From positions 49,156-113,155 of the forward strand of contig CAVTWB010000015.1 of the NCBI GenBank assembly GCA_963738245.1: a stretch of DNA of 64,000 nt. The letters run 5' to 3'. Positions 33,017 through 42,449 of this stretch are shown here, piece after piece (the first letter of the stretch is position 1; each line of letters opens with the position of its first letter). The notes below the pieces were generated by a model, which ran no database searches, was not told where the DNA came from, and was given only the letters and a program-made list of their open reading frames with translations. The DNA is from an uncultured Verrucomicrobiae bacterium (GTDB taxonomy: Bacteria; Verrucomicrobiota; Verrucomicrobiia; Limisphaerales; UBA11358). Position numbers and translations under genes: made by a program.

Positions 33017-34755
33017 AATTCCGCTGGACGCTTGCGCCGCCGCAACCGCTGCTGGCCGGTCCGCTCGCCGCGGCGCTCAAAATTTCGCCGCTGCTCGCGC
33101 AATGCCTCCTCAACCGCGGCTTCAGCGAACCGCAAGTCATCGAAAATTTTCTCCAGCCGCGATTGAAAAATCTTGCCGACCCTTTTCTGCTGCCGAACAT
33201 GGCCGCCGCCGTCGAACGATTGCTCCGCGCCCGCGAACAAAACGAGCCGCTCGTCATTTTTGGCGATTACGACGTGGACGGCGTGACTTCCACCGCGCTG
33301 CTCACCGAGGTTTTGCGCGCGCTCGGCTGGCAGGTGGAATTTTATCTGCCGAACCGGATGGACGAGGGCTATGGCTTGAGCGCCGACGGTGTGGAAAACT
33401 GCCTGAACAAATTTCCGGTCAAATTGCTGCTCGCCGTGGATTGCGGTTCAACTGCGGTTGAAACAATTGCCTCGCTTCGCGTTCGCGGCATTGACGTGAT
33501 TGTTTTGGATCACCATCAAGTTTCGTCGCCCGCGCCAAATGCAGTTGCCTTGGTCAATCCACAGCTTGTCTTTACGCCGGAAATCGGAAATCGGAAATCG
33601 GAAATCGGAAATTTTCAGGAGCTTTGTTCCGCCGGCATCGCCTTCAAGCTCGCGCACGCGCTGGTGAAACGCGGACGCGAAATAAATTTGCCCGGCGCAG
33701 CGGATTTTGATTTGCGCCCGCTGCTGGATCTGGTCGCGCTCGGCACGATTGCGGATCTGGTTCCGCTCACCGGCGAAAACCGGATTCTGGCCACCGCCGG
33801 ACTTGAAAAACTGAACACAACCAAACGCGCCGGAATTCTTGCGTTGAAACAGGTCGCGCAATCGCCGGAAAAACTGGGCACGCACGACGTCGGCTTCCAG
33901 CTTGCGCCGCGCTTGAACGCCGCCGGCCGTCTGGAAACGGCGGAAGAATCACTATATTTGCTACTGGCTAAAAATTTCGAAGAAGCGCTGCCGCTGGCGC
34001 AAAATCTGGATTTGAGGAATCGCGAGCGGCAGAAAATTGAAAAGACGATTGTCGAGGAAGTCACGGGCGTGGTGCGCTCAAAGTTCGACGCGCAGAAAGA
34101 TTTTGTCATCGTCGAGGGCCAATTGCTCTGGCACATCGGCGTGGTCGGCATCGTGGCGTCGCGCGTGTTGTCGGAATTTTACCGGCCGACCATCATTATC
34201 GGCGGCGAAAACGGCCAGATGCGCGGTTCGGGCCGCAGCATCGCCGGCTTCGACCTGGCCGGTGCGTTGGGTGAATGCGACGACTTGCTCGTGCGTCACG
34301 GTGGTCACGCAATGGCGGCGGGCTTGAGCATTTTGCCGGAGAAAATTGATCTGCTGCGGCAGCGGTTGAATGAACTGGCGCGGCGCAAACTCAAGCCGGA
34401 AGATTTGCTGCCGCCGCTGCGCCTGGACGCGGAAGTCGAATTGGACGAAATCAATTTTGAGTCGCTCGCCGAACTGGAGAAATTGAAACCGACGGGGCAG
34501 GGAAATCCCGGCGTGCAGTTCTGCGCCCGAAATTTGTTGCACGCAAAACCGATTCAACGCATGGGCGCGAACAAGCAGCACGTCAAACTTTGGGTGAAGG
34601 ATCAAAACGGAACCGCGCTCGAGGCGGTCTGGTGGAACGGCGGCAACAAATCGCTGCCGGTCGGCCAGTTCGATCTGGCGTTCGCACCAAGCATCAATGA
34701 ATTTAACGGCCGGCGCACGGTGCAGTTGAAGGTTTTGGACTGGGCGCCCGCTTGA
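33013..34755 (+). CDS. recJ: ssDNA exonuclease RecJ
   Basis: GDYDVDG, VDCG, LDHH, GTIAD, PRLNAAGR, GSGRS, GGHAMAAG. Confidence 0.97.
   Translation: MKFRWTLAPPQPLLAGPLAAALKISPLLAQCLLNRGFSEPQVIENFLQPRLKNLADPFLLPNMAAAVERLLRAREQNEPLVIFGDYDVDGVTSTALLTEVLRALGWQVEFYLPNRMDEGYGLSADGVENCLNKFPVKLLLAVDCGSTAVETIASLRVRGIDVIVLDHHQVSSPAPNAVALVNPQLVFTPEIGNRKSEIGNFQELCSAGIAFKLAHALVKRGREINLPGAADFDLRPLLDLVALGTIADLVPLTGENRILATAGLEKLNTTKRAGILALKQVAQSPEKLGTHDVGFQLAPRLNAAGRLETAEESLYLLLAKNFEEALPLAQNLDLRNRERQKIEKTIVEEVTGVVRSKFDAQKDFVIVEGQLLWHIGVVGIVASRVLSEFYRPTIIIGGENGQMRGSGRSIAGFDLAGALGECDDLLVRHGGHAMAAGLSILPEKIDLLRQRLNELARRKLKPEDLLPPLRLDAEVELDEINFESLAELEKLKPTGQGNPGVQFCARNLLHAKPIQRMGANKQHVKLWVKDQNGTALEAVWWNGGNKSLPVGQFDLAFAPSINEFNGRRTVQLKVLDWAPA
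33578..33612 (+). repeat. (CGGAAAT)5 heptamer tract inside recJ
   Basis: Five perfect copies encoding PEIGNRKSEIGN between VNP and ELCSAG. Confidence 0.9.
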
Positions 34756-34940
34756 GACGGAGGGTCGAAAATGGGCTTGCAATTTTTTCCGGGCGGGCTA
34801 GAGTCGAAATGTCTGTTGGATAAGCTGGCTTATTCAGGTCATGGTAAATCTTCAGGTGAACGTGGTTCGGTGATGATTTGAAACCCGGTAGTCGGGAACA
34901 GTCCGAGAAAAGCGGTTGGTCTTGAACAGCGAGACATAAA

Positions 34941-35297
34941 ATGAGCACTAAACTGTTTGTGGGAAATCTTTCCTTCAACACCACTGAAAACGAGATTCAC
35001 GAGGCGTTTGCCGCGCACGGCACGGTCGTCGAAGCGAATCTGATGATGGACCGGATGAGCGGCCGCTCGCGCGGTTTTGCGTTCGTAACCATGTCCACGC
35101 CCGAAGAAGCCCAGAAGGCGATTGAAGCCATGAACGGTGCCAACCTTGGCGACCGCGCATTGACGGTTAACATTGCCCGTCCGAAAGAAGAACGTCCGCG
35201 CAGCGATCGCGGTCCGCGCCGTGAATACGGCGGCGGCGGCGGTGGTTCCCGTGGTGGCGGCGGCGGCGGCGGTGGCGGCGGTCGCGACCGTTACTGA
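34941..35297 (+). CDS. RRM RNA-binding protein with Gly-rich tail
   Basis: RNP2 LFVGNL, RNP1 RGFAFVTM, Gly-rich C-term. Confidence 0.95.
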   Translation: MSTKLFVGNLSFNTTENEIHEAFAAHGTVVEANLMMDRMSGRSRGFAFVTMSTPEEAQKAIEAMNGANLGDRALTVNIARPKEERPRSDRGPRREYGGGGGGSRGGGGGGGGGGRDRY

Positions 35298-35313
35298 AGT
35301 TTTAAATTTACTT

Positions 35314-35358
35314 TGACCGGGGCGGCGTTCCCAGCGAGCGTCGCCCCTGTCATTTTTT
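35314..35358 (+). terminator. Rho-independent terminator
   Basis: TGACCGGGGCGGCGTT...AGCGTCGCCCCTGTCA plus TTTTTT. Confidence 0.75.
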
Positions 35359-35400
35359 GTTCGCTTTTAGGTGACAGTATTTGTTAGCTTGTTTTAATTC

Positions 35401-35613
35401 ATGGAAGAACACATCGAAGTCGAAGGGCGTATTCAAACCGTGCTGGCCGGGACGATGTTTCGTGTCGAACTGGACAACAAGCACCAGGTGCTCGCGACCA
35501 TTTCCGGCAAGATGCGCAAACGCTTCGTCCGCCTCACCGTCGGCGACCGAGTGAAAATGGAGATGTCGCAATACGATCTGAACAAGGCGCGCATCGTCTG
35601 GCGGATTGGCTGA
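35401..35613 (+). CDS. infA: Translation initiation factor IF-1
   Basis: [41 protein letters not shown]. Confidence 0.97.
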   Translation: MEEHIEVEGRIQTVLAGTMFRVELDNKHQVLATISGKMRKRFVRLTVGDRVKMEMSQYDLNKARIVWRIG

Positions 35614-35644
35614 ATTAAATAACCGCCGCGGCAATTTTCTTCGA

Positions 35645-36337
35645 ATGAACGCTGCCATCCTCGTCGCCGCCGGCAAAGGTGTCCGCATGGGCACCGATAA
35701 ATTGTGGCTCGAAATCGCCGGCCGTCCTGTCATTGCCCACACCTGGCAGAAATTCAACGACGCGAAATGCGTGGACGAAATCGTTCTCGTCGTGCGTGAT
35801 GGAATGCAAAAATCCTTCGCAGAACTGGCGGCAAAATTTCATTTTCAAAAGCCGTTTCGCATCATTGTCGGCGGCGCGGAGCGGCAGGATTCGGTTTGGA
35901 ACGGTTTGGAGGCGCTCTCGCCGCAAGCGGAAATCGTGGCGATTCAAGATGCCGCACGGCCTTGCACGACTGAAGCTTTGATCGCGGCAACGATCGAAGC
36001 TGCGGGCGAAACTGGAGCCGCCGTGGCCGCGCAGGCCGTGACGGACACCGTCAAGGAATCCGGCGACGGCAAAACCATTTTGCGCACGCTCGACCGCGCC
36101 AGACTTTGGTCGGTGCAGACGCCGCAGACTTTTCGCGTCGAGGTCATCCGCCGCGCGATTTCCGCCGCGCGGCAGAAAAATCTGATTTTGACCGACGACA
36201 CGGCGGCATGTGAATTGATCGGCCAGCCGGTCCGGCTGGTTCCCAGCGCGACGCCGAATCCCAAAGTCACCGTGCCGGGCGATTTGCCGTTCATCGAAAT
36301 GCTGCTGCGAGAACATTCAACATCCAAGGTTGGATAG
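35645..36337 (+). CDS. ispD: 2-C-methyl-D-erythritol 4-phosphate cytidylyltransferase
   Basis: AAGKGVRMG, GGAERQDSV, QDAARP, QTPQTF, TDD, NPKVT. Confidence 0.95.
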   Translation: MNAAILVAAGKGVRMGTDKLWLEIAGRPVIAHTWQKFNDAKCVDEIVLVVRDGMQKSFAELAAKFHFQKPFRIIVGGAERQDSVWNGLEALSPQAEIVAIQDAARPCTTEALIAATIEAAGETGAAVAAQAVTDTVKESGDGKTILRTLDRARLWSVQTPQTFRVEVIRRAISAARQKNLILTDDTAACELIGQPVRLVPSATPNPKVTVPGDLPFIEMLLREHSTSKVG

Positions 36338-36446
36338 CGGGAGCCGTTGGATGTCGGGCGTTAAATGTTTGATGTTTGGTGTTGGCAAATTCAAATTTCT
36401 CAAAAACTTTGTGCCTTCGCATCTTTGTGGTAAGTTTTTCCCGATT

Positions 36447-37757
36447 ATGAAACGACGTTTGATTTTCGGTCTGGTCACGCTGGTGCTGGCTTTGAATCTC
36501 ATCCTTGGCGCGCGGATTTATTTCAGTTCGGCGCACGCCGCGGACGAGAAGGATTCGCCGGACGCGAACCTGGAGCGGTTCGCCGACGTGCTGGAAAAAG
36601 TCAAGTCGAGCTATGTGGACGGCACGAACCTGACGTATCACGATTTGGTTTATTCCGCGCTGAAAGGCATGGTCGGTTCGCTCGATCCGCACAGTGAATT
36701 CATGGACCCGGACGATTACCAGCAATTGCAGGATGATACGGAAGGGCAGTTTGGCGGACTCGGCCTCGTCGTCGCGATGAAGGATGGTTTCGTGACCGTC
36801 GTGTCGCCGATGGACGACACGCCGGGTTTCCGCGCGGGCATTTTATCCGGCGACCGCATCATCAAGGTGGAGGGCCAGAGCGTGGAAAAAATTCCGCTGA
36901 CCGACGTGGTGGATGAGCTTCGCGGCAAACCCGGCACGAAGGTGACCATCACGATTGAGCGTCCGCCGTCGGGTGTGGTGAAAAATTACACCCTGACTCG
37001 CGCGGTCATCAGCATGGACATGGTCAAGGACATCAACGGCAAAAAGGAATTTCCGCTGGGCGCCGATAAAATCGGCTACGTTCGCATCACGCAGTTCGGC
37101 GATCAGACCGGCGATGAACTGGAAGCCGCGCTCCAAAAATTGAAAAAGCAGGGCATGCAGGCGTTGATCATTGATTTGCGCTGGAATCCCGGCGGCCTGC
37201 TGGATGAGGCGGTGAACGTGTGTGAGAAATTCCTGCCGCGCGGCCAGCTTATCGTCACCACCGAGGGCCGCGATCCCAAGGAAAATTCCGTCTGCCGCGC
37301 CGACGGCCGCGGCGACGAATTGAAGGGGATGCCCATTGTCGTGCTGGTGAATCTCGGCAGCGCGAGCGCGGCGGAGATTGTCACCGGCTGTTTGCAGGAT
37401 TTGCACCGCGCGTTCATTCTCGGCGAAAAAACTTTCGGCAAGGGTTCCGTGCAAAGCATTTTTCCGCTCGATGACGGTTCGGCCCTCAAGCTCACCGTCG
37501 CCAAATACTACACGCCGAGCCACAAGGTCATCCACGAACACGGCATCACGCCCGACAGCTACGTGCCCATGAGCGATGCGGAGGAGGCGGACCTGCTCAT
37601 CAAACGCTCGCCCGGCGGACTGGAATCGTTGAGTGAAAAAGACCGCGCTCGCGTGGAGGCGTCCCGCGACATCCAGCTCGACCGCGCCGAGGATCTGCTC
37701 AAAGGCGTGTTGCTTTACAGCGAGCTTTCCCAGCCGGAGAAAGTTGCGGCGAAATAA
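36447..37757 (+). CDS. ctpA: S41 carboxyl-terminal processing protease
   Basis: LDPHS, PDZ domain, DLRWNPGG, SASAAEI, GEKTFGKGSVQ. Confidence 0.93.
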   Translation: MKRRLIFGLVTLVLALNLILGARIYFSSAHAADEKDSPDANLERFADVLEKVKSSYVDGTNLTYHDLVYSALKGMVGSLDPHSEFMDPDDYQQLQDDTEGQFGGLGLVVAMKDGFVTVVSPMDDTPGFRAGILSGDRIIKVEGQSVEKIPLTDVVDELRGKPGTKVTITIERPPSGVVKNYTLTRAVISMDMVKDINGKKEFPLGADKIGYVRITQFGDQTGDELEAALQKLKKQGMQALIIDLRWNPGGLLDEAVNVCEKFLPRGQLIVTTEGRDPKENSVCRADGRGDELKGMPIVVLVNLGSASAAEIVTGCLQDLHRAFILGEKTFGKGSVQSIFPLDDGSALKLTVAKYYTPSHKVIHEHGITPDSYVPMSDAEEADLLIKRSPGGLESLSEKDRARVEASRDIQLDRAEDLLKGVLLYSELSQPEKVAAK

Positions 37758-37812
37758 AATTCGCTAAACAGTTAAATCGTTCAATCGGTTTCGCAATTAA
37801 ACAATTCAACGA

Positions 37813-38835
37813 ATGACGATTTTAGCAATTGAAACTTCCTGCGACGAAACCAGCGCGGCGGTGATTTGTGACGGCGCGGTTTTGTCGGGCATCGTTTCCT
37901 CGCAAATTAAATTGCACGCGGAATACGGCGGCGTCGTGCCGGAACTCGCCGCGCGAGAACACCTGCGAAATTTAATTCCCGTTGTGCAGTCGGCATTGAG
38001 TGCAGCGGGAATTTCGGTCGGGCAACTGGACGCCGTCGCCGCCACGCAAGGGCCGGGTTTGCCGAACGCGCTGCTCGTCGGCTTCAAGGCGGCGGAGGCA
38101 GTTGCCTTTGCGCTGAACAAACCTTTCATCGGCATCAATCATCACGAGGCGCATTTATATTCGCCGTGGATTTCCGGCACGCCGCCCGTCGCCGACTTTT
38201 CAAAATTCCAGCCGAACGTCTCGCTCATCGTCAGCGGCGGACACACGATGCTGGTGCTGGTGGAATCGGAATTGAAACACCGCGTGCTCGGCGGGACGAT
38301 TGACGACGCCGCCGGCGAATGTTTTGACAAGACCGGCAAGCTCATGGGCCTGCCGTATCCCGCCGGGCCGCTGATTGACCAACTGGCGGAGCAGGGGAAC
38401 CCCGCCGCCCACGATTTTCCCCGTCCGCTGCTGCACGACGCCAGCGACGACTTCAGTTTCAGCGGCCTGAAGACTTCCGTCCGCTATTTCATCCGCGACC
38501 ATCCGTTGCTCGATGACCGGCAGGCCATTTGCGACCTCTGTGCCAGCGTGCAGGCGGCCATTGTCGAAGTGCTCGTGAAGAAAACCATCCGCGCCGCGAA
38601 TCGTAATGGCGTCCGCTGCGTAACCGCGTCCGGCGGCGTGACCTGCAACCGCTCGTTGCGCAATGAACTCGCCCGCGCCTGTCAAAAAAACGGCCTTGCC
38701 CTCCGTCTCGCCGACAAATCCCTCTGCACGGACAACGCCGCGATGATCGGAATTCTGGCCGAAAGAAAATTACTCGCCAACATGCCGCTGCCGCCGCTCG
38801 ACGAGGAAATCAAACCCGGCTGGGTTCTGGCCTGA
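37813..38835 (+). CDS. tsaD: tRNA N6-adenosine threonylcarbamoyltransferase
   Basis: IETSCDET, GGVVPELAAREH, HHEAH, VSGGHT, FSFSGLKT, CTDNAAMI. Confidence 0.97.
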   Translation: MTILAIETSCDETSAAVICDGAVLSGIVSSQIKLHAEYGGVVPELAAREHLRNLIPVVQSALSAAGISVGQLDAVAATQGPGLPNALLVGFKAAEAVAFALNKPFIGINHHEAHLYSPWISGTPPVADFSKFQPNVSLIVSGGHTMLVLVESELKHRVLGGTIDDAAGECFDKTGKLMGLPYPAGPLIDQLAEQGNPAAHDFPRPLLHDASDDFSFSGLKTSVRYFIRDHPLLDDRQAICDLCASVQAAIVEVLVKKTIRAANRNGVRCVTASGGVTCNRSLRNELARACQKNGLALRLADKSLCTDNAAMIGILAERKLLANMPLPPLDEEIKPGWVLA

Positions 38836-38837
38836 AA

Positions 38838-39383
38838 TCACTTCGCCGCCAGCGCGGCTTCAATGGCGGCAGTGACTTCCGGCGAGTCGGGCTTGGTTTT
38901 CGAGTCGAACCGTTTCAGGATCGTGCCGTCTTTGCCGATGAGGAACTTGGTGAAGTTCCAGCCGATGTTGCCGGGGTAGGGGGAGGTGTCCCCCGCAAGC
39001 TGCACATAGAGCGGATGCCGGCCCTCGCCGTTCACTTCGATCTTGTCGAACATCGGGAAGGTGACGGCGAACTTGCTGGTGCAAAATTGTTTGATCTCCG
39101 CGTCGCTGCCCGGCTCCTGCCCGCCGAACTGGTTGCACGGGAAGCCGAGGATCACAAAGCCCTGGTCGCTGTATTTCTTGTAGGTCGCCTCGAGCGCCGT
39201 GTATTGCGGCGTGAACCCGCAGCGCGAGGCGACGTTCACGATGAGCAGCACCTTGCCCTTGTAGGCGCCCAGCGTGGTCGGCTTGCCGTCAATGTCCTTC
39301 ACCGGGATGTCGTAAATGGACGCGGCACGGACGGCGAGGTTTGTAATAAGCGAAAGGGCTAAGGCCAGCGCAAAGGTTTTCAT
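38838..39383 (-). CDS. Glutathione peroxidase (Cys type, signal peptide)
   Basis: NVASRCGFTPQY, GFPCNQFGGQEPG, WNFTKFL. Confidence 0.95.
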   Translation of the reverse strand: MKTFALALALSLITNLAVRAASIYDIPVKDIDGKPTTLGAYKGKVLLIVNVASRCGFTPQYTALEATYKKYSDQGFVILGFPCNQFGGQEPGSDAEIKQFCTSKFAVTFPMFDKIEVNGEGRHPLYVQLAGDTSPYPGNIGWNFTKFLIGKDGTILKRFDSKTKPDSPEVTAAIEAALAAK

Positions 39384-39476
39384 GCGCGTAAAAATAACCC
39401 GAACCCTCGTCTTGTCAAATGGTCAGCCGTTGTGGCGGAATTCGGCCTGAATACCTTAACCACCGCCGGGATGCCG

Positions 39477-41183
39477 CTATGATTTGCCCGGCTCGCCGAG
39501 CAGCACGCTGGGGCCGTGGTAATCCGGGGCCGCATAGAATGGCGGAAAATTGGCCGTCGCCACCGCCACCGAGGGCTTCTTCGGATCCAAAATCGCAACG
39601 CCAAAGCTGCAATTCGGCGGACACACATGCTCGGCCACCACCACGAGATCCTGTTCCAGCTCCGACCCGGTTTCGCCCGTGATCAGCAGCCCGATGATGT
39701 AGCTGGTCTCACCGGATTTTGGCGGGGGCGACTGGCGGAACAGCCAAGCCGCCCGCGCGAGCGGCTTGCCTCGCAGAAATTCAAACAGCGGCTGGATGAA
39801 ATCCGTCGGGTAATCCGCCGCGTCCACGATCTCCGACGGGCGCCGCACCTTTTCCACCGGGGGCAGCAGCTTGAAGACGGAGCCGTCCCACAATTCGCGC
39901 ACCCGGTCCTGGTTCAGCACCATCCCGCCCGGCACGCAGCCGGGATTGATCACCACCTTGTAATCATGGGTGTGCCCGGTCAGGCAATGGAACAGCTCCA
40001 GCCCTTTCATTTCGACGACCGTATGCGGCATGGCCCACCGCTTGGTGACTTTAAGCGCCTGCTCCGCCCGCTCCAGCGAGGTGAAAATTGGAATGTGGTC
40101 TTCCTGCCCGTTGGTCCAGACATCGAAAAGCATCCGGTCGCCGTTCCCCACCTTCATCATGCCCACCATCTCCGGATGGTAGGGTGCCAGAAATACCAAA
40201 ACAGATTCCCTCAACTGCCGGAACAGCTCCCGGCTGGCCGGCGTCCATTTGGCCGCAGCGAAGTAGGCCCGTTCCAAATCATTGACCGGTTCCCATTCGC
40301 TGCCTTCGGGTGCGTCGGCCTCCGGCGCGGGTTCGGCGTCGGCATCGACGGGTGGTCCCGGCGTCACGTTGCATCGGACAAAGCCCGGCGCGGCATAAAA
40401 CTCCGGATATTCGCCCATGATGTCGATCAGCGCGGCATCGGTCGGATCCATGATCCAAAGGCGGCAGCGTTGCGGCGGCTGAAATGTTTCGTTGGCGACC
40501 CGCTCGATCTCCGTTTCCAGTTCCTTGGTGAAACTTTTCGTCACCAGCAGCCCCAGAACATAATCCGCATCGTCCGTGTCATATTCCGGCTCGTTCGGAT
40601 CGGGTTTTGCCTGGTCGCGGAACAGCCAGGCGGCGCGCACTTCGGGATGGGCCGCCAGCAGGGGCGGCATGGCCTTGACCAGTTCCGGGGGGAAATGCAT
40701 GGAACCGAACATGATCAGCTTGCCCAACGCAATTGCACCTGGAGTGGGCGGCACGATGATGGAGCCATCGGCCAGACCCTCCAGGTGTTCCTCCTTTAAT
40801 TCGAGCGCGCCCGAGCTGCACGCGGGATTGACGATGACGTTGAGCTTGTTTTTTTGCTGCGCCAACGACTCAAACAACACCTTGCCGTCAACTTGCTGAT
40901 ATTCCAGCTCCTCGCGCTTCTGCCGGAGCGTCTTGATCGCCTCGTTTGCGCGTGCGGCGCAGGAAAACACCGGGATGAACTGCCTGCCCCCGTTGTTCCA
41001 GGTGGTCAATGTGAGGTGGTTTTCATCGTCGGATTTCAGGCGCGGCACCAGCTCCTTCGGACGCGGCTTCAAGATCGTCAATTTGGACTTCAGCAGTTGT
41101 TTGAAGAAGGGGATGTTCTCCTCCCCGTGTCCCGTGGCGCGGGCGATGGCCCGCTCCAGATCATTTTGAGGTGCCGAGGTCAT
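39477..41183 (-). CDS. Tandemly duplicated SseB/SseB_C-like protein
   Basis: Two repeats of NDLERA...IPV/IFS/T..RA...VINPxC...AAWLFR...YV/ILGLL...FYAAP; start at MTSAPQNDLERA. Confidence 0.7.
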   Translation of the reverse strand: MTSAPQNDLERAIARATGHGEENIPFFKQLLKSKLTILKPRPKELVPRLKSDDENHLTLTTWNNGGRQFIPVFSCAARANEAIKTLRQKREELEYQQVDGKVLFESLAQQKNKLNVIVNPACSSGALELKEEHLEGLADGSIIVPPTPGAIALGKLIMFGSMHFPPELVKAMPPLLAAHPEVRAAWLFRDQAKPDPNEPEYDTDDADYVLGLLVTKSFTKELETEIERVANETFQPPQRCRLWIMDPTDAALIDIMGEYPEFYAAPGFVRCNVTPGPPVDADAEPAPEADAPEGSEWEPVNDLERAYFAAAKWTPASRELFRQLRESVLVFLAPYHPEMVGMMKVGNGDRMLFDVWTNGQEDHIPIFTSLERAEQALKVTKRWAMPHTVVEMKGLELFHCLTGHTHDYKVVINPGCVPGGMVLNQDRVRELWDGSVFKLLPPVEKVRRPSEIVDAADYPTDFIQPLFEFLRGKPLARAAWLFRQSPPPKSGETSYIIGLLITGETGSELEQDLVVVAEHVCPPNCSFGVAILDPKKPSVAVATANFPPFYAAPDYHGPSVLLGEPGKS

Positions 41184-41188
41184 GGGTT

Positions 41189-41905
41189 CTACGGCGTTTT
41201 GGCCGGGGTCGCCGTCGGGGCGGGCGCGGGTGGCGGTGTGCTGGTGGAAGGCGTGTAGGTGGTGGGAACGGTGCTGCGGATCATGTCGCCTTCCGCCGTG
41301 CCGACGGGGAAAATCCGCGTGGCGTCCGCATACCACGCCACGTTCACGGCTTCGAGGCCGCTGCACATTTGATCGAGCTTGGCGGACTGCTCGTGGCTGG
41401 CCGAATCCGCGTTGGTGAACGTCGTCTGCAAATCCTCCGCGCACTGTTTGCGGAGCGTTTTCAACGCCGCCAGCGTGTTGGCCGGGGTGGGGCTCCACGT
41501 GGGGGCCAGTTGGTTCCACGCCGATTCCCAGGCCAGCGCTTCGGTGAGGATTTTCTCGGTGGTCTTGCCGGTGGCGCGGAGGCCGGCCAGCACCGCGAGG
41601 CTGGCGGGGTCGTTGCGGAATTTGTTTTTCGCCATGTTCAGCCCCTGCACCGTGAACTGGTGCAAGGCGTTCAACTGCGCCCGCCAGGTGCCGTAAGCGC
41701 CGTCGCGAGTGCGATGGGCCTGGTCGGCGATTTCCTCCTGTCCGACCACCGGCGGGGTGCTGCTGCTGTTGCCGGTGATGGTTTCCAACTGCGTTTGCAT
41801 CTGGTCGGGGGTCGCATCCGGCCACGACCACTTGGTGTCCACCTGTCGCGCCGCACTGATGGTCTTTATGGCGCGGTCAACGCTGAACTGGTTGTCCGTT
41901 TTCAT
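41189..41905 (-). CDS. Hypothetical helical protein with Pro/Thr-rich tail
   Basis: AAAGGA RBS; host-like codon usage; 5 bp upstream of the SseB-like gene. Confidence 0.8.
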   Translation of the reverse strand: MKTDNQFSVDRAIKTISAARQVDTKWSWPDATPDQMQTQLETITGNSSSTPPVVGQEEIADQAHRTRDGAYGTWRAQLNALHQFTVQGLNMAKNKFRNDPASLAVLAGLRATGKTTEKILTEALAWESAWNQLAPTWSPTPANTLAALKTLRKQCAEDLQTTFTNADSASHEQSAKLDQMCSGLEAVNVAWYADATRIFPVGTAEGDMIRSTVPTTYTPSTSTPPPAPAPTATPAKTP

Positions 41906-41949
41906 GATTTTCCTTTGGTTGCTGCGCTGGTTTATCCGCAGCCACTACC

Positions 41950-42035
41950 TCTTTACTTCAAAGGGCGCGTCCAGTCAATAGTTAAATTTAATAAATAACA
42001 GATAAAACATATATAAACTAATAATAATCATAATG
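41950..42035 (-). promoter_or_regulatory. AT-rich UP-like tract and putative promoter
   Basis: ~60 bp almost pure A/T, then TTGACT-17 bp-TAAAGA on the minus strand. Confidence 0.45.
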
Positions 42036-42109
42036 GAAGTGAATGCGGGCGCATCGCCGCCGCAACTGGTGGGCATGGGCAACCGCAAAAAGCGCGTGCG
42101 GATGGGAAG

Positions 42110-42361
42110 AATCGGCAAACGGCGATGGCCGGAACACGAACAGCCGGATTCCCAATACGAACAGCCGCGCCGCCAATACAAACGGTCGTAACCGGAACCC
42201 AAACGGCGCGGCCCGGAATACGAACGGGGCAGGGCGGAACACCAACGGCGCTGGCCGGAATACGAACGGATAGACCTGGAATACAAACGGAGTAGGGCGA
42301 AATACAAACGGCGGCAGCCGGAATAGGAACAGACCCGCCGGGAACACAAGCCGTCGCCGCC
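42110..42361. repeat. Degenerate 21-bp tandem array C (12 units)
   Basis: Core GGAAYACRAACRG at 42131, 42152, 42173, 42194, 42215, 42236, 42257, 42278, 42299, 42320, 42341, each followed by 8 variable nt. Confidence 0.92.
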
Positions 42362-42371
42362 GGAACGCGTT

Positions 42372-42448
42372 CGTAGCGGCTTTCGGCAGAAAGCCGCATT
42401 TCATCGGGCCAATTTGAGAATGCGGCGCTCTGCCGGGTTGCCGCCACG
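42372..42448. repeat. REP-like palindromic doublet
   Basis: CGTAGCGGCTTTCGGCAGAAAGCCGC...GCGGCGCTCTGCCGGGTTGCCGCCACG. Confidence 0.8.
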
Positions 42449-42449
42449 T

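Noticed and set aside
35229-35282. GGC-rich trinucleotide repeat
   Set aside because: Encodes the normal Gly-rich tail of the RRM protein
39477-41831. 784-aa ORF as a single protein
   Set aside because: The first ~216 aa are an alternative frame of the 41189-41905 gene; the real start is MTSAPQ at 41183
42110-42361. CRISPR array
   Set aside because: Repeat (13 nt) and spacer (8 nt) are far too short, repeats are degenerate, and no cas genes are in the window
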